Of a DNA stretch of 64,000 nucleotides, positions 51,801-64,000 are shown one piece after another (the first letter of the stretch is position 1; each line of letters opens with the position of its first letter). The notes beneath the pieces were generated by a model that saw only the letters and a program-made list of their open reading frames with translations, did not search any database and was not told the origin of the DNA. Both the position numbers and the translations under genes were made by a program. Location: the NCBI GenBank assembly GCA_965637545.1, contig OZ281497.1:28954001-29018000 (forward strand), read 5' to 3'. Source of the stretch: Phallusia mammillata (Eukaryota).

Positions 51801-54800
51801 CATCGAAGTTGTATGCAAATACATTCATTTTGAACGATGTGATTCAAGGTCAGGATTAACGGATTATAAAAGATCAATGTCAAACGTTTGTGGAACGTTG
51901 AAGAAACGTGTAAGCATTTAAAAGAAACCTTTTCTTACTTTTTTCTTACAAAATTTAAAATGAAACCAGTGAAGTCCAATAGTTAGGGCGCTAGCGCTTC
52001 TGTTATAGCCTTTAATCTTAATAACATTTGATTACCATTTGAATATTGCTGTTGTCGTGTTATTGCTGGATTCAATTACAACCTGCCATCAGATTTGCAC
52101 TTTTTGCTTGTGTTTCGCCTAACATCGCTTATTTCATCAGTGCATATTATTATATTTTTTCATCTTGTAAAGCCGCCGAAAGCGTTGCTTTCACGAAAAT
52201 ACGCCTAAAGCGAGCGCTGTTTTTGGGTGAATATTAAAAATAGAAGGCACAGTTAAGACGTTTCGGCAGTCGCGGGTCTGTTTTACTATTAGACTTTTAC
52301 TACTAGAGTTTATTTAAAGTCCTTTAATTGTGAAGACAAAATCAAACTCTGACGTCACAAATGCATATTTACTTCATAAAAAGACATAACTTCATTAACA
52401 TTTAAAAATAGTTTGCCCTCAAGACAAACATTTTTAGACGGCGGTTTTCTGGTATGAAATATACCTGTCAAGAACATTTATAAGGGTCAGTAATACAAGT
52501 TGATGCAAATGCAAATGTTTTGAATTTCACAAGGTCCTACCGGCTTTGTTAGTTTTTTTACTCGATCGCTGAGTTTCTCGACGCCTTCACTTTCGATCTT
52601 ACATCCATCCAGTATAAGTTGTTCGGTGTTGTGAAGGCAAGGACCCAATGAAGCTGCTCCCGTGTTGCCGATCTCGTTGCGAGAGAGGTCGAGTCTCGTC
52701 AGCTGATTTTAATGCAACAAATGTTATCATATTAATTGTAAGGACAAATTGAAAACACTTTAAATTTGGCATTTAAATTTGACAAATTTAAGTAAATAAG
52801 AATAAACAACACAACACAACTTCGGATTTCGCTTTGTTATAAATGCTACAACTTTTTAACACTTAATTTCACTTTAAATTTGGCATTTCATCAATAAAAA
52901 ATGAGACATGAAAAGTAAGCTGTAGAATGTTCACAGTATCTTTGTTGAAATAATTAACAAACCTATCTAGGCTTTGTTAGCTTTACATCAGAAATTTATT
53001 TAGGTTGATTGCGTTGTGTTATAGCAACACACGATTAAAACAAGCATGCGCTGCACATCTGTTTTACTATGCGTTGTTGTACGTCATGCTAAATACAAAA
53101 GTAAGCTCCGACAAAGTTGTTTGTTGAAACAAAATGTGTGTATGAGGAACAGTATCGCCTTCTACAGATTTTTCGTATTATGGTTTGCTTGTTGTTATTT
53201 TAGTTTTTTTGATTTTCAGACAGGACATTGAGGACGGTTTGATTCAGCGATTATAATCTTAAGTTCGAATTTAGTGCCAAGCTTAAGTTGGAATTATTTG
53301 GAAATAATCGTAGTGAGTTTGTGATGAAAACAGTGTGTTGTGAGTTATATTGAAATTTTATGTAAATTCATAATTTTGAACACTGTGTTTAAGGTTAGGA
53401 TCAAAAGATTATGACAGATTAACCTCAAGCGTTTGAAGAAACATTTTCTTACTTTCAAAGCTAAATGTAACATGAGAAGCCCAATAGGTGCAGCACTAGC
53501 GCTTCTGTTAAAAGCAGGTGGTTAACACATGCATATTGTTTGTGATACGAAACAAAACAAACGTTTCAGAATAAATCTTTGAATTTATATAATCCATGAC
53601 ATATCACATGCCATATATTTCGCCAGAAACACTTTGTTCCAGCAACCCCTTGTGCGTAGAAAATACTTTGTGCATTTTATGACAGCTTAGGTCTAGGTTT
53701 ACTATTACTTTCAGCAGGAATTTGAGTTTTTTTTTTGTACTGCGGACCGTTTTCAAAAACGCTTAAAATAGTTTATTATTATTGGGTTAGAGGGAGAAAA
53801 TGTTTTAAAGCAGTTAACCAGAAAAAGTATACCGACCGGTTAACAACTCCTCGCGGACCGGTACCTGGCCGCGGACCGGCAGTTGCCGACCATTGGTTTA
53901 TATGGCCCGCTCGACTGGTCCCACTAACGTCGTGTGTACTCACAATGCGCAAATCTTGCTTTCTTTATGACCTAAGACACATTACGCCTATTAATAACGG
54001 TGTAGCTACAATCGCCACTACCCACCAATTGTGTCATTCACTTGTATGTGCCCCATTACGATTCAACGTTGTGTAATTATTTCCGGCTTGGTAATTGTTT
54101 TTATGTCATTGCATGAGAATAGTTCGGGCTCACCTCCCCAATGCCACTACTTCATTAGACTCGCAGATGCTAAAAGTTACCCGCCATGTTATAGCAACAC
54201 TCGGCTGTGACAAAGTTTAAAAAAAGCAATCGAGATAGATTATTGTCATTTTCCGCCCGGCACTTTACTTCAATGTATGGTTTGCATGTTTGTCTGCTTT
54301 TTTCGGGCAAGTCAGTTAGTTTGGTTTGAACAGGCAATTATAACTTTAAGTTGGATAAAGTGTCAGATTTTAGTTTCATTAAAACAGGCGAACTGACTCT
54401 ACATTAGGTCACATTGGGCCTTAATAAATCTAAAATTTGAGTCTAAATTTGAAATTAATTCAACAAATATCTGTTCGGCCCGGAATTGATGCCTGAACTA
54501 TCATTGTAACAAAAAACGTAAGAGACACTTGTTAGCCTATAATGCAAAAAGCTGTTGGTTACCTACGTAAATTTTTTATGTACGATTACTAGATGATATC
54601 TACTTATTTGCTTTTTTTACACTCACAATTCTTAAATATTGATAAATTACGATAAAATTCATTGGCATATATTTAAAAAACTAAACATGGTCCTTATTTC
54701 GCTTAGTTTTTTTGTGAAACTTATTTCGTTTGTGCCTCTACAAAGCGCTTCGCTTTTCTCTTAACTGAATGACGACATAATTACTGTGTCTTCTACCTTG

Positions 54801-57800
54801 ATCATAATGTGTAAATTTTTAGTGTTTGTTTTTGCGATGAACTTTATTTTTCTAAAATGTAGGGCTTTTAGCTTTTATGCGTGATGGGCTTTTTACGTTT
54901 TTATAATTGTGTTTCCAAGCTTTTCAAAGCTAAATAGGAACGAAATAATGTTTTGCATCACATAATTGTAAACAGGGGTGACTGAACTACAACTTCAAAT
55001 TTGAAAATGAGAGAACAACGTGAAAAACGGAACGTGCGTTGTAATGAAATAGTAGGTTTGTTTAGAAGTCGATGTTATAGAAACATGTAGATAAAGTGTT
55101 TTTGTATAATAATTCTACATTTTTTTCTCAGGAACTAATTTAACGCACACTTCACAATAACACAGTATTACCGGTTTTGCTCTGTGTTGAATCACGTAGG
55201 AAAGATTCTCGTAATCAATTGGGATGAGAGATGAACGATAAAGGTAACGAAGGTCGAGCTCATCAGGAAGTAGGGAGGCCGCACATGAAGCAATCTCCGG
55301 ATCATTTGACCCATGAGCCCAGCTGCAAACTTGCAGGATGTCTTTTTTACCGCTGAGCTTCGGCTTGGAAGCAAAATTCAATGTAAACAATTTATGTAGT
55401 TTCCCTTTATTCGATTATGCTTTGATTTTTAATAGTTTTGTGTAGTCTGTTTATTTGCGCACTTTACAGATTTTACTGCATTTTTTCTTGCTCTTTGTGT
55501 GTATCGAATCTTAAATGAATCTTATATGTATATATGATATATACAACTATTTTTACTTCTCAGCCTGCAACGACACCATCATATACCGAAACATGTAACC
55601 ATGAATATTAGTGAGCGTAATGCACAAGTAAATAAAGTTTCGACGCGACATATGTGGTCGGTAATGATTGGACGTTAGTCATATGACGTTTCATTGAATT
55701 TCCTTTCATAAAGATGTGATTTTACTGTTTTCTGGTTGTAAACGTGGTGAGTGTCGCAGTTGTGCTGTTTGTGGACGCTGAAGTTACAGTTCTGCCTTAA
55801 TTTTAATGGTTTATATTTTGTCTAAGGTTGTTTACATTTTTTCTCAGCAACTAATTTAACGCACACTTCACAAACCACAGTATTACCGGTTTCGTTCGGT
55901 GCTGAATCACGTAGGAAAGATTCTCGTAATCAACTGGGAGGAGAGATGAACCACGAAAGTCGAGCTCATCCGGAAGCAGGGAGGCCACACACGAAGCAAT
56001 CTTTGGATCATTTGACTCATGAGCCCAGCTGCAAGCTTGCAAGATGTCTTCTTTACTGCTGAGCATCCGCTTGGACTGGATGCATTTTATAAGCAAAGAT
56101 TTCTTTTGCTCCCAATCCTGATGAGAGCTTTCAGGAACAAGTGGCTCGAGTTGATGGAAAACCGAAGAATCGCAAATCCCGAAAACAAACTTGGAAACAA
56201 CTTCCCACCTGTCTTTTGAAAGTTGTTCGAGGATTTTCTCAAACTCGTCAAGGGACATGATCATCATCAGGTAGAAACCTGCAAAAAACTCTTGCCAGAT
56301 GAGATGAGAGAAACATCGAACTTTGTGACCATCCAATATCGTCAGCTTGAGATTTCCATGCTTTGTGACTGACAAGTTGGTAAATGCATCGGCTGTGGAT
56401 TCCTTGATACCTGCTTGTACGAATGCTATTGCCTTGAATACAATCTCCATCTTCAGAAATGCATCATAGGCCAATTTTGCAAGTTTGTCCAACTCACTTC
56501 CTTGACCCCTTAAATGATTGGTTGTGAGATATTGGCCACAAGTGAAAGCAAGGACTCGAGTGAGTGAAACAAACTGAATATCTCCATCAAAATTTATCAA
56601 GTAGACAAGAGTCAATATAAAATTGACAGGAACATAGCAGTAAGCAAATACATTGCGGTTTTGCTCTAGCTTTTGTCGTATATCGTCGTATCTGTATCCA
56701 CATACCTGACGTCCAAGTTCATCTTGTGAAGATGGGGTCAACCCAAGTATTTGAACAATAAACCTGGGTCGATATGAAGGATGGAGCTTGTACAGCTGAG
56801 TTGGTCGTGAAGTAAAAATCTTCCGAGCAAGTGGAAGCAAGTTTCCTCCCGCCAAATGCTTCAGGTAGTTTTCCGCTTTGGACTTCGAATGTAATAGGGG
56901 TTGGGGAACTTCAGTGGAAAATGAATTAATGGCTGCCTCGTCGAAACCGTCGAAAATCATCACAACATTTGGATCATTGCAAATGGCGTTGAGAACTTTA
57001 GTTTCATCGTCCGTGTACATCCACTCTATTGACATGGATGAGAGAAAAAACTGAAGAAGTGTCATCTCCCTAGTAAAGTCGATGTGCCTGATTACAATGT
57101 AGAAGAAGTAGGAAGTCTTACCGAACAACTTTCCCCTTAAAATTCGTTTGGCCCACTTTTTGGCTGAGGTTGTCTTTCCTATTCCAGCTTGTCCGACCAC
57201 ACCGACCACGTTCCCATGTTTTTCAACGTAATCTTGTTTAGCTTTTGCTTCATCCGGTCCAAATCTATTTTCCGCTTCTCGTTGTGTTGTTTCTTTTGCA
57301 CGACCAAACATTTCTTCACCAGTGATGTCACTTTGTTGCATGTTGTAAACCTTTGCAAGTTCCTTTCTGCTGCGATAATGTCCTTCTGCTTGAAATTCGT
57401 TATCAATTTGTTGTGGTTTGTCTACTATGGCAAGGTTGACAGGTATTATTTTCCGTTTGGTGAAAACCGATAGCGACGATTGTTCACCGGCGATGGCTTC
57501 CGTTCTTTGTTTGAGCATATTCATAAGAATTCTTTGGGGCTTTTGCCTGCATAAACATTACAACAGAGTTAAGTTAGTTTTAGCTACAACACTTAATGTT
57601 TTTGTTTATATATTTCTAATTTAGTATGGTAAAACAACTCAAAGTAAGACCACTAGGAAAAAATCAGCACCTCCGTTTACGTAAGAATCGAAAAACTGTA
57701 GAAAATCCAGTTGTACGACGATTGGTTGCAGCCGCTGTTGGTTGTGTGTGTTGTTGCGCTGATGGGAAAGTTTGATGCTTAGAATATGTTTGCCTTGGTC

Positions 57801-58361
57801 TTGGTGAGGGAGAAGTAGGAGGAAATTTGGATAACCTTTCTTCATCAAAGTCATGTGGAGCAGGCAACTGAGACGAGCAGTGAACCTGTTCAGGTGAGGG
57901 CGACGTATCAGTAGGTTCGATTGATGTTTCTTCATCTAAGTAGTGTGCGGCATGCAGCTGAGACGAGCAGTGAGTTTGTTCCGATGACTGATACACCGTT
58001 ACATGTTGTGTAATGTGTTGTTGATAGACTGGAGCGTTATAAACTGATCCAGTTGTGTGGATGTTTGTGTCTCCAATCTGAGGTGCTTGTTCGCTTTCCT
58101 GCACAAAAAAAAAGATTTGAAGAAGTAAACGGTATGATTTTGTATAATACTTACCAAGTTTAAAACTAAATTCCTGCTCTGTAAATCAACCGGTAAAGGA
58201 TGGCTTGAGCTTGGCTGAGGTATCATAGACCTGGATTCTTCCCTTGCGCTCTGCTGAGATACAACGTCACCCTGTCTTTGGAGTGTGTTTGATTGGGGTT
58301 CAGCTTCATCTAGTTGTAGGACCAAGCGAGGTTGGGGTCCAACATTACCCGGGTCGGCCAT
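48628..58361 (-). CDS. NLR2: predicted NACHT-LRR gene, about 930 aa, paralog of NLR1 without kinase/KEN
   Basis: Exons 58155-58361, 57671-58098, 55887-57546, 52541-52702, 51025-51186, 48628-48801. All GT-AG with matching phases (0,2,0,0,0); 2793-nt open frame ending TGA. Confidence 0.82.
49560..50146 (+). mobile_element. hAT deletion derivative carrying a transposase N-terminal remnant
   Basis: Right TIR GGTTGGCGACCCCTG; 5' ggctccggagccgcatgcggctc subterminal motif; internal frame ENRAFNAKWRDGFACTADETGL resembles GTF2IRD2/EPM2AIP1-type hAT N-termini. Confidence 0.65.
51025..51186 (-). CDS. NLR2 LRR exon B
   Basis: 162 nt, phase 0-0: LKILDLSHNEIGSTGAASLSPCLHNMEELILLGCWIGNEGFEKLCDGVKKLTKP. 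Confidence 0.9.
52541..52702 (-). CDS. NLR2 LRR exon A
   Basis: 162 nt, phase 0-0: LTRLDLSRNEIGNTGAASLGPCLHNTEQLILDGCKIESEGVEKLSDRVKKLTKP. Confidence 0.9.
53735..53895. mobile_element. Partial inverted copy of the 859-1054 MITE family
   Basis: gtactgcggaccg ... cgcggaccggtacc ... agttgccgaccattg mirrors 859-1054. Confidence 0.7.
55172..55363 (-). other. Tandem duplicate of the 3' end of the NLR2 NACHT exon (possible cassette exon or intronic relic)
   Basis: Open 192-nt frame PKLSGKKDILQVCSWAH...IQHRAKP, near-identical to about 55887-56075, with the same gtaata donor and about 60 bp of duplicated intron. Confidence 0.75.
55887..57546 (-). CDS. NLR2 NACHT exon
   Basis: Walker A GQAGIGKTT, Walker B VMIFDGFDE, long stretches identical to NLR1 (ARKIFTSRPTQLYKLHPSYRPRFIVQILGLTP). 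Confidence 0.95.
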
Positions 58362-59654
58362 TGCAAAGAAAAGGTTGTTTTTCACGTGACTATAACAAGG
58401 TTTGCGACGGCATTCTGCTTGTTTTGTTTGTTCTGTGTAACAAGTTTCCTTTTTTTATCAAAGACAGTCAGTGTCACTGGTGCTTGAGAATTTCCCAAAG
58501 AATTGATAAACACAACATCAGTCGTTAACACGCAGCATGCCTCTAATCAAAGTCAAAATGTTGAGGTTACAACAATGGTGACCTAAACATCTACACAAAG
58601 AGAGTAAAGTAACAAAAACGAGGTACAAAAAGTAATAAAGCCAATGAGGCTGTAATACAACATAAACGTTCATCAAAATTCCTGGTTGCAGAGTTGTGTA
58701 ACATTTAAAGGATACAAATCACAATTGTAGATAACTAACTGTTTTTTTTTAATTTTTTTAGGGCAATAAAACGATGTAAACTACTGGTTCACAAGGTAAT
58801 ACACATCAAGAAAAATGAAACGGTACACGCGGGCTTTTGCTTCCCGACTAAGCGGATATGCGTGAGCCCGCGTTTTGATAGCAGGTAGCAATAAAACAAA
58901 ATGGCGGAAACACAGCAATAAATGCATTGGCGAAACGGCGATACACAGTCAAATGCAAAGAGGCCACTAATAGGAACCAGAAAATTAGAAAGGCAGACGC
59001 GCGCTTGTGATCGGGAGATAGCATGGGTCCGCTTTTCGGTAGCTGATAGTAAAGAAACAAAATTGGGACATAATAAACTTATAACAAAAGTCCCTCATTG
59101 GCGGACGATCGGCCAATCAAGGGGCTAGAAGTCTCAAGCGGGATCGTATAATAAACTTGACACAACTAGGAAGAAAACTAAAAGAAAACGAAACCACGTT
59201 CATAAGAAAAGCACAAGGTTAAAAGCGGAAATTTAAGTTTGTTGGTCGTTTTACTCAAAAACAATCTACGATTGGTTATCGGACTATCCAATCATGGTCA
59301 GAGGAACAAATCAAGACAGTTGGGCGCAATTAAACATCATAAATGTTGCTTGTGGGCTTATTATCCAACGTAATTGTGGGCTTATTATCCACATTAAGGC
59401 TTGGCTGACAAAATTTGCCAATAGGCATGGTGTGTACATAAAACAAACAAGGGAAACGGGGCGAAAAAAGAGATGTTATTTCCATTAGAAATAGAAAAAC
59501 AGTACACACAAATCACTTGCAGAGAAAAATTACATCAGTACGTGATGTTAAAATTGTGTTTGGCGCAGCATGCTTGATGCTATATTGTAAATCGTTTCTT
59601 CGAGTAGGTTGAAAGCGGGGGCGCCCGTGACGCAGCTGTTAATGCAGAATTAAC

Positions 59655-62600
59655 ATGGGGTTGTTAATTTTGCTGTTTATATTCTGTTTGTCAATTTCTG
59701 CTGAAGGACGAACTTGGCATACCTTTAATGGATATCAATATTCAGTGGAAATGACTCCAGTTCATTCATATGCTCAAGCAGAGATGAGATGTTCTGCGTT
59801 GCGAGCTACAGTAGCTAACGTCAAAACCAATGAAATTTATACCTTTGTGAAAAGATTTGTTTACCAAGCAAGTAAGAGTTTCTTTGTACCTGATACATTA
59901 AATAACATAGGCTTCTGAATTTAATTAGGATATTTACAAAACCTTATGATACTTTGAGTGTTTTCATATCACCTCGCTTCCTGGAAAAGCGTTAGTTGTT
60001 GCGGATTAAAACAACATTGTTTATTAAGCCTTGTTTAAAGTCACAACCAGTATATAAGAATAAAACGTAGTGTCATTCAAAAAGAAAAAAAATTGGCCAA
60101 ATAACCGAAACAAACTACCAAACCCAAAAACAATCCACAAATCGGAAAGTCATGTTATTTTTGTTCCGGTATTTTCGTTCGTGGCATTTAATATGAAATA
60201 GCTGTGTAAATTTACGCGTCGTCAAATCATATCTTTAAAACGCAAGTTTTAAAGGGTGTTTTGTTTCTTGTGTCATCTGCTCAACTTTAATTAACAAAAG
60301 TAATGTGACGCAATAACGACTAGACAATGTTTGTTTTGTGTTGCAACTTTTTTTTCTATTTTAGTTTGAATTTTATTACCACCTACTGATATTCTTTTTT
60401 AAAGCCGAAATACCGTCCCGCTCATTTTGGTCGGATCAAAACGAAATATGCAAAAAATGCACAGAACTGAGATTTTCATTTTGTTTCCTTTCGTTTCGGT
60501 ATAAAACACTTTTTATAGACGCGAAGTAGAACTTAATTGTTGGTTCTAAGCAGAACTTAATCAGTTCGAACTTAAAGGTCCACGTTACTGGATATATATC
60601 GGCGCTAAAAGGGTCGGAAACACAAATAAGTTCAGGTGGAATGATGGTAGCGATGTTTCTGTTTCAACGAGTGTTTGGGGAAACGGAGAACCAAACGACC
60701 TTCACGGAAAAGAAGATTGTGTTGTAATAATGATTGTACAGTATACGATTTACAAATGGGCTGATATGAGTTGTACAACATACAGTGCAGGATACATTTG
60801 CCAAAAAGTTATTCCAGGTAAAATAAACCTAATTGCTTGGCTACTTAAACAGTGCTAACTTGTTTAAATACCTTTAACGCGCCCACATAAAGGATGTTTT
60901 AAACCGGTGATCTTCAACTTTTTCGGAAATCTCTCCTTTACGAGGTTTTGGGTCAAAAACCCCAATTTTTTCACACATATTTGTCTGATTATTAATAAAA
61001 TTCTTGGTTAGTTTTACCCAAATTTATATAAAACACTTGGTTTTTATGGGTTAAATTCTGCATTGTCCTGTGGGAAGTGAGAAATCATTTGTTAACTTGT
61101 TTTTCCTAAAATATTCTTAAAGCTTAAGAATTGCGAGTCCTTGAGACAATAAAAAGGGGGCAGTTTTGATTTTTTAAGTGTTTGAGATCAATAAACTTCG
61201 CTTACCACGCCAAAATCCTTGACGTTTTGAAGCTTAACATTTTACGCTCATTAATGCTTGTTTGTAATTTTATATATTTAAAGGAAACCATATTTCCTTG
61301 TTACAGCAGTCTACCGATCCGATCCCGACTACAGTAAGACAATTAACTAAGTCCAAAACTACCACTTTGTTACCATTATCCAAACCAACTACTACAACCT
61401 TGTTACCATCTACCAAACCAATCACCAAAACCATAACAAGACTTATCAAACAAACGACAAAGATCATATTGCCATCTACGAAACCAACTACCACAACCAT
61501 ATTACCATCTATTAAACAGTTCACCGAAACAATAATACCACCTTCCAAACAAACTGTGAGAACTATATTGCCACATACCGAGCAAACTACGTATACCTTG
61601 TTATTATCTCCCACAAACAAAACGCTACTATATATTAAATCGACCAGCCAGACGATAAAATCAACTAAGCACAGAAGACAAGGTAAGAATTAGTATGGTT
61701 CCTATTTATTGTACTCCACAAAACCATTGGATTTCTTAGCTGCAACAACGTTAGACAAGATAATAGTCTCTGTATGCGGAGTAATCTCCTTGGTCATAAT
61801 CTGCTTTGCTTTCGCAACTGTGACGTTTCTGGAACTCAAAAGGAGGTAACTGACTGTTTTCTCGTTTGCATTCTTGGAATTTTTGAGCGTTTAGACGCTG
61901 ATTGATCAGTATGCGAAAACAAAGTGTGCAAGAATAAAAAGGACCGAGTGGTGCATGTCAAATATGTTTTAATAAAGACAGCAAAAACAAATATTAACCA
62001 TACCTTTAAATTAGATCACTTTGTTCAGAAACTATAACATGGGTTTGGTGCTATTGGTAATGTCGTCAATTTAAACTTTTTTTTGTAGGAATGCACACCC
62101 AGTGAGAACTGCAAATAAGAGTGTCTTCATCGATACTAGTAGGTGAAAACAGAAGTAACGTTTATTTTTGCCATGGCTAAAAATTGGAGTAAATCATTTG
62201 GATTTTGTTTTAAATAGTTGGAAATAGTCAATGCACTGGAACACACAACAATCCACCGATGTTCGTCATCAACTCCGTACAACGTACTGCGTCACACAAA
62301 CATCCAGTTCATGACGTCAAATCATGTGGTGTCACACAAGGTTTATATTCACAGGCGTATTACTACCATTAAGAAACTACATAGGTTCGATTTAGCAATT
62401 AACCTCCTTTAAACATCCTACCGTATGAAGGAGGTGTGTACCGGAAACTGCTAGTTCATAAATAAGCGCGATGTTGGGTCAATTGGCCATTGCATTCCTC
62501 ATTTTTGTTTGTATTGTTGATTGGCCATTACGTTTTTAAACTGGAATAATTGGACTAATGGCCAAAAATAAAACATGAATCGAATTGATCAAAAACGTTT

Positions 62601-63097
62601 TTTTTTTAAGTATTACTTCTTTCCAACCAAATGTCCCCAATATCAGTATTTTTTGTATTCCGCTGACTTTTTAAATGGAAGGCAAAACGTTAGCAAAAAG
62701 TTATGTATGTTAAATCGAATAGCTTGTTCACCATAATTACTTCAGTATAAGTTGAATTAAAACATTGTTTAATATAACATAAATATTAACCTGATTTTTG
62801 TGAAACGCTTATCATATGTCTGTGCAATGCATTGTAAAAATTATTTCTTCAACAGCTGATAAACGCCAAACCGAAGAAACTTGTAACATTTCTCAAATTC
62901 TAAAAAGCGGTTTCGTCGAACCAGTTAATCATGAAATTGATGACATCAACCAATATGACGAAACCCGGAAGACGTTGCACAGTCAGCACCTGAAAGAAAC
63001 GTGCAACATTCCAGAAACTGAAAAACCGCCATCACATCAACAAACCGATGACGTCAACCATTATGACGCAATCCGGGAGTCACGTCATCGGTGCTGA
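59655..63097 (+). CDS. C-type lectin-domain type I membrane receptor (signal peptide, CTLD, Thr-rich stalk, TM, Tyr-containing tail), about 425 aa; tail shortened by frameshift
   Basis: Exons 59655-59871, 60554-60817, 61284-61682, 61740-61845, 62089-62138, 62856-63097, all GT-AG and phase-compatible. CTLD has 4 Cys, YIGA, WNDG, EPN, WAD. TM is IIVSVCGVISLVIICFAFATVTFL. Confidence 0.85.
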
Positions 63098-64000
63098 CGA
63101 AGTTGCACAACCAACAGCAGGAAGCAGCGATGTCTATGCTCAGCTCAGAAAGTTGAAACAATCAACAAAGGTTCACGACAATGGACAACAATCACATGTT
63201 CGGAAATATAATCACAATCAATTGGATGAAGTCAGTTACGACACTTTGCAAATATCTCAACATTTGGAAGTCCACGATCAATTTGCAAGCGGCTCCAATT
63301 CAACTAATGTCTAAGATAATAAACACAGGGCTGATGACGAATCGGATCCAACTTACGATGAACTACGACGTGACAACTAAACAAAAAAAACACATATATT
63401 TATTTTAAAACTTTAATCGAAAGTCCATTTTTTGTAATTACAGACAGTAACAAAGTCGATTTGAAAGCTTTTGACAAACGTTTACGACATTTTATGTACA
63501 CATACATTTTTTACTTAAGGGTTTCCAACGAAGAAAGGCTTTGCGCACCAACCAACAAAAATTTTAGCTACGTATAAGCGCAGAAATTGCTGGGTTAACA
63601 TTTGTCTTGATACTCACTGGTCCAAAGCAGACAGCTAGATTTCAAAATTTGCGTTTTTTGCACATTTAAGCCCAGAATTGAAAAACCTGTATTGGCCAGT
63701 TCGAACCTTTTCCTCCAAAAAGGACTCTTGCATTATATGTTTATTTACACATTTTAATGATAAACAACCGTGTGATTAGCAGGATAAATGAATTACGTAA
63801 ACGTCAACTTATAACTTTCGGAACTATTGTATGCATGTTGTGTATGTTTGCCGGCAATTGTAAAAATTGTAGTTAAAAAATTGTGTCATAAAAATTGTAA
63901 GCTTTTTCTGTTATTCCGATTTGTAACATAGAAAGGCTTTCAAGCAGAAAATGACATGCAATAAATGTAACTGTGCATATTACTGGTTTCAACCATTGAA

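Larger units (their letters stand above)
51025..53520. repeat. Tandem duplication of an LRR exon plus about 0.85 kb of upstream intron (about 51025-52010 and 52541-53520)
   Basis: Colinear shared intron blocks (aaagtaagctgtagaatgtt; catgct..atgcaaaa..taagct; ctagcgcttctgtta) at about 1.5-kb offset. Confidence 0.8.

Overview
AT-rich, intron-containing animal genomic DNA. Base composition, compact introns and repeat content suggest an invertebrate, possibly a tunicate (inference only). The window is an innate-immunity cluster studded with transposon relics. The main result comes from manual splicing: a 14-exon minus-strand gene (27344->16650, 1456 aa, all introns GT-AG and phase-compatible). 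It joins a 13-aa repeat array, a RHIM-like motif, a NACHT NTPase, LRRs, a low-complexity linker and an IRE1/RNase L-type protein kinase plus KEN endoribonuclease, i.e. an NLR apparently carrying its own RNase effector. A close paralog (58361->48628, about 930 aa) is a NACHT-LRR without the kinase-KEN. A family of C-type-lectin/mucin-stalk/TM receptors with tyrosine-motif tails surrounds them: a near-intact copy at 59655-63097, a frameshifted copy at 2360-5316, a TM+ITIM copy at 9300-10277, and fragments. Mobile DNA includes a decayed Gypsy element with TSD and a solo LTR, a Buster/Charlie-type hAT transposase pseudogene, several hAT MITEs with 8-bp TSDs, and a tRNA-derived SINE. All gene models are hand-spliced predictions with no transcript evidence.
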